NCBI RefSeq assembly: GCF_041904905.1
Contig: NZ_JAYRMI010000003.1
Location: 42,370 to 106,369, forward strand
Source: Zoogloea sp.
Lineage (GTDB): Bacteria > Pseudomonadota > Gammaproteobacteria > Burkholderiales > Rhodocyclaceae
Direction: 5' to 3'
DNA length: 64,000 nt
The notes under the pieces were generated by a model. The model saw only the letters and a list, made by a program, of their open reading frames with translations. It was not told the origin of the DNA and searched no databases. Both the position numbers and the translations under genes were made by a program. Shown one piece after another: positions 56,868 to 64,000 of this stretch. The first letter of the stretch is position 1, and each line of letters opens with the position of its first letter.

Positions 56868-57338
56868 ATGCGCCCTCTTCTGCCTGCCCTGCTCGCCGCC
56901 GGCCTGTTGCTGCTCGCCCAGCCCGGCCTTGCCGCCACCGCCGCCGAACCGGACGGCCCGCCGCCCGCCTTCGACACCGACGGGCTCCCCCCGCTGCCCG
57001 CCCCACCGGCGGCCACCAACCCTTTCCGCGGGCACCCCCGCGCCATCGAACTCGGCCGCGAGGTCTTCAACCGGGTGTGCGCCCAATGCCACGGCGCAGA
57101 CGCGATGAACAAAGGCCAGGTGGGGCCCGACCTGCTCAAGATGGACCGGGCCTGCGGCCGCATCGCCGACCCCGCCACCCGCCAGCTCTGCGTGGCCGAC
57201 AACGACCAGTTCTTCCTCAAGTCGGTGCAGGAGGGCAAGGTCCGGGTCGGCGTCACCCACATGCCGGCCTGGAAGCGCCACCTCCCACCACCGCTGATCT
57301 GGGCGATCCGCAGCTTCCTCGAAAGCCGGCGCCCCTGA
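56868..57338 (+). CDS. Second c550-like cytochrome
   Basis: Signal peptide; TNPFRG; FNRVCAQCHG; GPDL; HMPAW; two extra Cys. Confidence 0.85.
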   Translation: MRPLLPALLAAGLLLLAQPGLAATAAEPDGPPPAFDTDGLPPLPAPPAATNPFRGHPRAIELGREVFNRVCAQCHGADAMNKGQVGPDLLKMDRACGRIADPATRQLCVADNDQFFLKSVQEGKVRVGVTHMPAWKRHLPPPLIWAIRSFLESRRP

Positions 57339-57353
57339 GCGCCGCCCAAGAAA

Positions 57354-57387
57354 AAACGCCGCGTCCCGAAACCGGGGCGCGGCGTTT
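57354..57387. terminator. Bidirectional terminator
   Basis: AAACGCCGCGTCCC-GAAACC-GGGGCGCGGCGTTT between convergent genes. Confidence 0.72.
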
Positions 57388-57408
57388 GCGTTGCAGCGAC
57401 GCGGGCGA

Positions 57409-57996
57409 TCAAGGCAGGCAGAGCTGGCCAGCCACCGGGGCCGGCTTGCCGATGGTGGAACCCATCACCGTGAGGTGGCCGCTCACGTTGGCGTAGGCGC
57501 CCTTGCCGTCGGTGCCGGAGATCAGGATCTGCTCGGTGGTCAGCTTGGGCGCAAGCTGGCCGGTGGCCGACAGCTGCGGCTGGATCACCACCACGTCGGT
57601 GGTGTACAGGGTGGTGCGACGGGCGCCCTGACCGATGTACATCGTCGTCCGGGCCGTCTGGACGATCTGGCGCGGCAGCGCGGCACCCGCCGCCGGCACC
57701 GCCACCGGCGCCATCGTGGCCGGCGCCCCCGGCACCATGCTGACCAGGGGCTCGACGGTGCTGCCAGCGTAGCCCGTCGCCGTCGGGAAGCCGGCCAGGT
57801 TCAGCTGGACGCTGAAGCAGTCGCCGGGGAACAGGGTCGCCGGCGTACCCGGCTGGGCAACGGTGCGGATGGTGCAGGCGGTGTCGGGCAGCAGCTTGAC
57901 GGCACCGACGACCGGCACGCAGGCGGCACCGGCCCCCGTCGAGGCGAGGGCGAGCAGCAGCGGAAGGGCAAGTGCGGGGATGAATCGAAGCTTCAT
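57409..57996 (-). CDS. Secreted beta-rich hypothetical protein
   Basis: Clear signal peptide MKLRFIPALALPLLLALASTGAGA; four Cys; alternating beta-strand pattern. Confidence 0.72.
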   Translation of the reverse strand: MKLRFIPALALPLLLALASTGAGAACVPVVGAVKLLPDTACTIRTVAQPGTPATLFPGDCFSVQLNLAGFPTATGYAGSTVEPLVSMVPGAPATMAPVAVPAAGAALPRQIVQTARTTMYIGQGARRTTLYTTDVVVIQPQLSATGQLAPKLTTEQILISGTDGKGAYANVSGHLTVMGSTIGKPAPVAGQLCLP

Positions 57997-58181
57997 GGCG
58001 GATTTCTCCAGTGGTCGAAGGAAAGGGCAGGGGCGCCGCTCGTCAAGCGGCAGGCAGTGCGTGATTGTTCCGGCTGGCAGCGGTTTCGCGGCGAAGATCG
58101 GCACCGTGCCACGAGATTTCACGCTCCGCCTCCGCTAGCAACCCATTATGGGTTTTGATGGCACCAAACACGGGCGCCATC

Positions 58182-58214
58182 CTTAAGGGAGGCTTAAGAC
58201 AGCGCGCCCATAAT
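58182..58214 (+). promoter_or_regulatory. PmrA/QseB-type direct-repeat box plus -10 element of the RND operon
   Basis: CTTAAG-N5-CTTAAG (58182-58198), then CATAAT (58209-58214), 28 bp before the ATG. Confidence 0.75.
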
Positions 58215-58242
58215 CCGCGCCGATCCCCGTGCCGGAGTTGCC

Positions 58243-59349
58243 ATGTCGTCGTTTCCCCTCCACCCGCGCTACAGGCGCACGCTGGCCGCCTGCGCCCTTG
58301 CCGGCCTCGCGGCCACGGCCGGCGCCGCCGACCCCGCCTTCGTCGCCATCGCCCCCTCCCAGGGCCAGGCCCTCGGGCTGGTCACCCAGCGGGTGGTGAC
58401 CGGCGTGGGGGGCGCGGCGGCGGGCCTGCCGGCCACGGTGAGCGTGCCCAACAGCCAGGTGCGGGTGATCGCCGCCCCGCTGCCCGGCATCGTCGAGCGC
58501 CTCGAAACCGCGCCGGGGATGAACGTGAAGAAGGGCCAGCTGCTGGTGCGCATCTCCAGCCCCCAGGCGCTAGAGCTGCAGCGCGACCGGCTCCAGGCCG
58601 ACGCCCAGGCCACCCTCGCCCGCCAGACCCTGACCCGGGACGAGCAGCTCTTCCGCGAGGGGCTGATCGCCGAAGGACGCCTCCAGGCCAGCCGGGCCAA
58701 CGCCGCCCAGAGCGCCGCCCAGGCCGCCGAACGCCGTCAGGAGCTGGCGCTGGCCCAGCACAGCGGCGGCCAGACCCTGTCCCTCGTCGCGCCCATCGCG
58801 GGCAGCGTGCTGGAGCAGCACGCAAGCGTCGGGCAGCGGGTCGAGCAGTCCGCGCCGCTCTACCGCATCGCCCGCCTCGACCCCCTGTCGGTCGAGATCC
58901 AGGCACCGCTGGCGGTGGCCGGTCAGGCGAAGGTCGGCACCCCCCTGCGCATCCCCGCCACCGGCGCGCGGGGCGAGCTGGTCGCCATCGGCCGCGCGGT
59001 GGACCCGGCCACCCAGAGCGTGCTGCTGCGCGGACTGGTCACCCACGGCGCCGACAGCCTGCGACCGGGCCAGGCCACCGCGGTCGACCTCGAACTGGGC
59101 GTGGCGGGCAGCACCGGCAGCGGGCCGCTGCAGGTGCCATCGGCCGCCGTGCTCCGCCACGACAACCGCCAGTGGGTCTTCGTGGCCACCCGCGACGCCG
59201 GGAGCCCGGGCTACCGGGCCGTGCCGATCCAGGTGACCGGCCGCCGCGGCGACACCAGCCTGGTCACCGGCCTCGCGCCAGACGCCACCGTGGTCACCGG
59301 CGGCGTGGCCGCCCTCAAGGCCACCTGGCTCGGCATCGGCAAGGAGTGA
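58243..59349 (+). CDS. RND periplasmic adaptor (CzcB/CusB-like)
   Basis: Signal; VIAAPLPGIVE and LVAPIAGSV lipoyl halves; VDPATQSVLLR; LQVPSAAV. Confidence 0.92.
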   Translation: MSSFPLHPRYRRTLAACALAGLAATAGAADPAFVAIAPSQGQALGLVTQRVVTGVGGAAAGLPATVSVPNSQVRVIAAPLPGIVERLETAPGMNVKKGQLLVRISSPQALELQRDRLQADAQATLARQTLTRDEQLFREGLIAEGRLQASRANAAQSAAQAAERRQELALAQHSGGQTLSLVAPIAGSVLEQHASVGQRVEQSAPLYRIARLDPLSVEIQAPLAVAGQAKVGTPLRIPATGARGELVAIGRAVDPATQSVLLRGLVTHGADSLRPGQATAVDLELGVAGSTGSGPLQVPSAAVLRHDNRQWVFVATRDAGSPGYRAVPIQVTGRRGDTSLVTGLAPDATVVTGGVAALKATWLGIGKE

Positions 59350-59401
59350 CGGCCACCCCGCCAGCCACGCCCCCGCCCCTTCTTCTGCGCCCGCGACCCC
59401 C

Positions 59402-62400
59402 ATGCTCTCCCGCCTCATCGAGTTCTCCCTCACCCAACGCCTGCTGGTGCTGGTGGCCACGCTGCTGCTGATCGGCGCCGGCACCGTGGCCTGGAACGGC
59501 CTGCCCATCGACGCCTTCCCGGATGTCTCCACCACCCAGGTCAAGCTCATCGTCAAGGCGCCCGGGATGACCCCGGAGGAGGTCGAGTCGCGCATCACCG
59601 TGCCCATCGAGCAGGAGATGCTGGGCATCCCCCACCAGCGCATCCTGCGCTCCACCTCCAAGTACGCCCTGGCCGACATCACCCTCGATTTCGAAGACGG
59701 CACCGACATCTACTGGGCCCGCCAGCAGGTGGGCGAACGCTTCGCCGGCGCCGCGGGCAACCTGCCGCCGGGGGCCACCGGCGGCCTCGCGCCGATCACC
59801 ACGCCGCTGGGCGAGATGTTCATGTTCACCATCGAGGGCCCGATCTCGCTGGAGCAGAAGCGCACCCTCCTCGACTGGACGATCCGCCCCGCCCTGCGCA
59901 CCGTGCCCGGCGTGGCCGACGTGAACAGCCTGGGCGGCCAGGTGCGCAGCTTCGAGGTGACGCCCGACCCGGCGGCCCTCGCCGCCCGTGGCCTCACCCT
60001 CGCACAGCTCACCGCAGCGCTGGAGGCCAACAACCGCAACGACGGCGCCGGGCGCCTCTCCGAAGGCGAGGAGACCCTGCTGGTACGGGCCGAAGGCGCC
60101 ATCCGCAACCTGGACGACGTGCGCGCCATCGTGCTGCGCAGCGACGGCGGCGTGGTGCAGGTGGGCGACGTGGCCGCCGTGCGCATCGGCGCCCTCACCC
60201 GCTACGGGGCGGTCACCCGCAGCGGCGAGAGCGAGGCGGTGGAGGGGCTGGTGCTCGGCCTGCGCGGCGCCAACGCCGGCAAGGTGGTCGATTCGGTGAA
60301 GGCCCGCCTCGCCGAGATCGCCCCGCAGCTGCCGCCGGGCGTCAGCGTGGTGCCCTTCTACGACCGCAGCGAGCTGGTCGGCCGGGCGGTGCACACCGTC
60401 GCCAAGGCGCTGGTCGAGGCCATCGTGCTGGTGCTGGTGCTGCTGCTGGCCTTCCTGGGCAACCTGCGGGCGGCGCTGGTGGTGGCGCTCATGCTGCCCC
60501 TGGCCGCGCTGGCCACCTTCATCGCCATGCGCACGGTGGGGCTGTCGGCCAACCTGATGAGCCTGGGCGGGCTCGCCATCGCCATCGGCATGCTGGTGGA
60601 CGCTGCGGTGGTGGTGGTCGAGAACGTCGAAACCCAGCTCGGCGAAGGCGGCCCCGCCGGCCGGCTGCCCCTGCTCCATCTGGTCTTCCGCGCCACCCGC
60701 GAGGTGGCCGCCCCGGTGGCCTCCGGCATCCTCATCATCGTCATCGTGTTCCTGCCGCTGCTCACCCTGGAGGGCCTGGAGGGCAAACTGTTCAGCCCGG
60801 TGGCGCTGACCATCGTGTTCGCCCTGTCGGCCTCGCTGGTGCTGTCCCTCACCGTGGTGCCGGTGCTGGCCTCCTTCCTGCTCAAGCGCGGCGACGCCCA
60901 CGAGCCCTGGCTGGTGCGCAAGCTGCAGGCCGGCTACGCGCCGCTACTGCGCTTCGCCCTCGCCCGCGGGCGGCTGGTGGCCGGATTTGCCGGGGCCTCG
61001 CTGGTGGCCGCCGGCCTCGCCTATCTCGCGCTCGGCAAGACCTTCATGCCAACGATGGACGAAGGCGACATCATCATGCAGCTCGAAAAGCTGCCCTCGA
61101 TCAGCCTCGACCAGACCGTCGCCACCGACCTGCGAGTGCAGCGGGCGGTGCTGGCGGCGGTGCCGGAGGTGAAGGCCATCGTCGCGCGCTCCGGCTCCGA
61201 CGAGCTGGGCCTCGACCCGATGGGGCTCAATCAGACCGACACCTTCCTTGTCCTCAAGCCCCGCGACGAGTGGCGCCAGCCCGACAAGGACTGGCTCACC
61301 GACCAGCTCCGGGCGGCGATGGAGAACTTCCCGGGCATCGCCCTCACCTTCACCCAGCCCATCGACATGCGCGTCTCCGAGATGCTCACCGGCGTGCGCG
61401 GCGATCTGGCGATCAAGCTCTACGGGCCCGACCTGCCCACCCTCAACCGCCTCGCCACCCAGATCGAGGCGGTGGTGAAGGCCGTGCCCGGCGCCGAGGA
61501 CACCATCACCATCCGCAACGAGGGCGTGCAGTACCTCAAGGTGCAGGTGGACCGGCTGGCCGCCGGCCGTTTCGGGCTCAACGTGGAGGACGTCCAGAAC
61601 AGCCTGCGCAGCCTGCTCGAAGGGCGCATCGCCGGCACCGTGATCGAGGCCGGCCGCCGCGTACCGCTGCTCGTCCGCGGCCCCGGCAGCCTGCAGAACG
61701 ACCCGGAAGCCTTCGCCGCGATCCGCCTCACCGCGCCCGACGGCCACAGCCTGCCGCTGGCCAGCGTGGCCCGCATCGAACGCGTCGACGGCCCGGTGAA
61801 GGTAGACCGCGAGAACGCCCAGCGCTACGCGGTGGTCCAGTCCAACGTGCGCGACCGCGATCTGGTCGGCTTCGTGGACGAGGCCAAAGCCGCCGTCGCC
61901 GCCCAGGTGACCCTGCCCGCCGGCTACCGCCTCGCCTGGGGCGGCCAGTTCGAGAACCAGCAGCGCGCCGCCGCCCGGCTGGGCGTGGTGGTGCCGGTGG
62001 CCCTGGGGCTGATCTTCGTGCTCCTGTTGTCCACCTTCCGCTCCACCCGTCAGGCCCTGCTGGTGCTGGCGATGGTGCCCTTCGCCATGGTCGGCGGCAT
62101 CTTCGCCCTGGCGCTGTCGGGCGAATACCTCTCGGTGCCGGCCTCGGTGGGCTTCATCGCGCTCCTGGGCATCGCGGTGCTCAACGGGGTGGTGATGGTG
62201 AGCTACTTCAACCAGCTCCACGCCCGCGGCATGCCCATCGGCGAGGTGGTGGTCGAAGGCGCCCGGCGCCGCCTGCGCCCGGTGCTGATGACCGCCAGCA
62301 TCGCCGCCCTGGGCCTGGTGCCGCTGCTCTTTGCCAGCGGCCCCGGCTCCGAGGTCCAGCGCCCCCTCGCCATCGTGGTGATCGGCGGGCTGGTCAGCGC

Positions 62401-62479
62401 CACCGCCCTCACCCTGCTCCTCTTGCCGCTGCTTTACCGCCGCTTCGGCATCGCCCCCGTCACCCCCATCGCCCCATGA
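59402..62479 (+). CDS. Heavy-metal-efflux (CusA/CzcA-family) RND permease
   Basis: LPIDAFPDV, NLMSLGGLAIAIGMLVDAAVVVVEN, GLEGKLFSP, RLRPVLMTA, QRPLAIVVIGG. Confidence 0.95.
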   Translation: MLSRLIEFSLTQRLLVLVATLLLIGAGTVAWNGLPIDAFPDVSTTQVKLIVKAPGMTPEEVESRITVPIEQEMLGIPHQRILRSTSKYALADITLDFEDGTDIYWARQQVGERFAGAAGNLPPGATGGLAPITTPLGEMFMFTIEGPISLEQKRTLLDWTIRPALRTVPGVADVNSLGGQVRSFEVTPDPAALAARGLTLAQLTAALEANNRNDGAGRLSEGEETLLVRAEGAIRNLDDVRAIVLRSDGGVVQVGDVAAVRIGALTRYGAVTRSGESEAVEGLVLGLRGANAGKVVDSVKARLAEIAPQLPPGVSVVPFYDRSELVGRAVHTVAKALVEAIVLVLVLLLAFLGNLRAALVVALMLPLAALATFIAMRTVGLSANLMSLGGLAIAIGMLVDAAVVVVENVETQLGEGGPAGRLPLLHLVFRATREVAAPVASGILIIVIVFLPLLTLEGLEGKLFSPVALTIVFALSASLVLSLTVVPVLASFLLKRGDAHEPWLVRKLQAGYAPLLRFALARGRLVAGFAGASLVAAGLAYLALGKTFMPTMDEGDIIMQLEKLPSISLDQTVATDLRVQRAVLAAVPEVKAIVARSGSDELGLDPMGLNQTDTFLVLKPRDEWRQPDKDWLTDQLRAAMENFPGIALTFTQPIDMRVSEMLTGVRGDLAIKLYGPDLPTLNRLATQIEAVVKAVPGAEDTITIRNEGVQYLKVQVDRLAAGRFGLNVEDVQNSLRSLLEGRIAGTVIEAGRRVPLLVRGPGSLQNDPEAFAAIRLTAPDGHSLPLASVARIERVDGPVKVDRENAQRYAVVQSNVRDRDLVGFVDEAKAAVAAQVTLPAGYRLAWGGQFENQQRAAARLGVVVPVALGLIFVLLLSTFRSTRQALLVLAMVPFAMVGGIFALALSGEYLSVPASVGFIALLGIAVLNGVVMVSYFNQLHARGMPIGEVVVEGARRRLRPVLMTASIAALGLVPLLFASGPGSEVQRPLAIVVIGGLVSATALTLLLLPLLYRRFGIAPVTPIAP

Positions 62480-62793
62480 GCCAAGACTCAAGCCCCGTCG
62501 TCCTGACCTTGGTGATGCCCGCCGAGGTCGAGGACGCCCTCATCGACACCCTGCTGGAACACCCCGACCTCGCCCCCGGCTTCACCACCGACGCGGTCGA
62601 GGGCCACGGCGAGCGCATCCGCCTCGCGGGCACCGCCGAGGAAGTGCGCGGCCGCGCCGCCTACTGCCGGGTCCAGCACGTCACCACCCGGGCCGCCGCC
62701 GACACCCTCCTCGCCATCCTGCGCGAGCGCTTCACCGGCAGCCGGGTATATTTCTGGATCACCCCCGTGCTGGCCTTCGGGAGACTCGAATGA
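62476..62793 (+). CDS. DUF3240-family (PII-like fold) protein
   Basis: LTLVMPAEVEDALIDTLL, PGFT...EGHG...EEVRGR and YFWITPV motifs; ATGA-coupled on both sides. Confidence 0.8.
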   Translation: MSQDSSPVVLTLVMPAEVEDALIDTLLEHPDLAPGFTTDAVEGHGERIRLAGTAEEVRGRAAYCRVQHVTTRAAADTLLAILRERFTGSRVYFWITPVLAFGRLE

Positions 62794-64000
62794 CCCGCCG
62801 CCTGCTCGCCCTGCTCCTCGCCCTACCCCTCTGCGCCCACGCCGGCAACCCCGCCGACGCCCCCGATCTGCCGCCCCGCGCCCAGGTGCAGGAAGCCGTC
62901 CTGGCCAGCCCCCAGGTGCGGGCGGCCGGATCGCAGATCGCGGTGGAGGAAGCCCGCAGCCGGCGCCTCGAAGCCGGCCCCCACGAATGGAACCTGCGCC
63001 TGATGGACCAGCAGCGCCGGGTGCGCCCCACGCCGGCCGGCCGCTACAACGAGTGGGAAGTGGGCGTCGAGCGCGCCATCCGCCTGCCCGGCAAGGGCGA
63101 ACTCGACCGCCAGCTCGGCACCGCCGGCATCGCCAGCGCCCGCATCGCCCGGGGCGACGCCCTCCACGAAACCAGCCGCATGCTGCTGGCCGCCTGGTTC
63201 GACTGGCTGCGCGAGGACGCCGCCGCCGACCAATGGCGCCGCCAGCGCGACATCCTCGCCCGCCAGGCCCAGGCCGTGCAGCGCCGGGTCGAGCTGGGCG
63301 ACGCCCCGCGCCTGGAACGCCTGCAGGCCGATGCCGCCCTCGCCCAGGCCGAAGCCCAGCTGGCCCAGGCCGGCGGCCGCGCCCAGGTGGCCGCCGAATC
63401 CCTGCGCCGCCTCTACCCCGCCCTCAGCCTGCCGTCCGGCATGCCCGAAACCGCCCCGCCCGCCGTGGACGACGACGCCGCCGGCTGGATCGCTGCCATC
63501 CTCGAACACAACCACGAGCTGGGCGTGGCCCGCTCCGAGAGCGCCCGCGCTCGCCTCGGCGCCAGCCGCGCCGACGCCGAACGCCGGCCCGACCCCGCGG
63601 TAGGCGTGCACGTCGCCCGCGACAAGGGCAGCGAAGAGCAGGTGGTCGGCCTCAGCCTCAGCATCCCGCTCTCCGGTGCCGGCCGCCGGGCCGACGCCGA
63701 TGCCGCCGCCGCCCACGCCGAAGCCGCCGCCTGGCGCGAGGCCGGCGTGCTGCGCCGGGTCGAAGCCGAAGCCGCCGCCCTGCATCGCCGCGCCCGCGCC
63801 GCCTGGGCCGGCTGGCAGCGTCAGCAAGCCGCCGCCGACGCCCTGGGCAAGAGCGCCGACCTCACCGAACGGGCCTGGCAGCTGGGCGAAGGCAGCCTCA
63901 CCGACACCCTCAACGCCCGCCGCCTGGCCCACGAGGCCCGCCTCGCCGCCCGGCTGGCCGGGCTCGACGCCGGCGAAGCCCGCTATCGCCTGCTCCTCGA
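62790..64000 (+). CDS. TolC/CzcC-family outer-membrane factor (3' end outside the window)
   Basis: ATG at 62790, MTRRLLALLLALPLCAHAG signal, then helical OMF repeats (IRLPGKG; VELGDAPRLE; WQLGEGSL); no stop before the window end. Confidence 0.88.
   Translation, partial: MTRRLLALLLALPLCAHAGNPADAPDLPPRAQVQEAVLASPQVRAAGSQIAVEEARSRRLEAGPHEWNLRLMDQQRRVRPTPAGRYNEWEVGVERAIRLPGKGELDRQLGTAGIASARIARGDALHETSRMLLAAWFDWLREDAAADQWRRQRDILARQAQAVQRRVELGDAPRLERLQADAALAQAEAQLAQAGGRAQVAAESLRRLYPALSLPSGMPETAPPAVDDDAAGWIAAILEHNHELGVARSESARARLGASRADAERRPDPAVGVHVARDKGSEEQVVGLSLSIPLSGAGRRADADAAAAHAEAAAWREAGVLRRVEAEAAALHRRARAAWAGWQRQQAAADALGKSADLTERAWQLGEGSLTDTLNARRLAHEARLAARLAGLDAGEARYRLLL

Noticed and set aside
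58096-58111. TGGCAC on the minus strand upstream of the secreted protein as a sigma54 promoter
   Set aside because: The -12 position reads CGATC rather than TTGC.

Overview
GC-rich betaproteobacterial chromosome segment (gene content resembles Rhodocyclales such as Azoarcus/Thauera; this is inference). No rRNA, tRNA, CRISPR array, integrase or transposase was seen. Five blocks: (1) 0-7.7 kb housekeeping: proC, yggS, pilT-pilU, rlmL, hemJ, an SDR and a 2Fe-2S reductase. (2) 7.7-13.4 kb cytoplasmic HDOD / histidine kinase / c-di-GMP signalling trio whose GGDEF and EAL motifs are all altered. (3) 16.3-36.3 kb run of 13 co-directional fatty-acid uptake and beta-oxidation genes, with two PsrA-like TetR paralogs and a MalT-type LuxR regulator. 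(4) 36.5-42.4 kb: stand-alone ScoMcrA-like head domain, DUF3820, Suv3-like helicase, transglutaminase-like protein, pepD and a PQQ sugar-dehydrogenase-family protein. (5) 42.5-57.3 kb PQQ alcohol-oxidation locus (Ca-type ExaA, four c-type cytochromes, ExaDE-like two-component system, two AcoR-like sigma54 activators), followed by a heavy-metal-type RND operon that runs off the window end. Non-coding signals read directly from the DNA: a twice-occurring heptamer-armed palindromic element, two canonical sigma54 promoters plus one carrying a GC duplication, a recurring 17-bp enhancer-like palindrome, PsrA-type operators and a perfect PmrA/QseB-type box. Family assignments come from motif recognition, not database searches.
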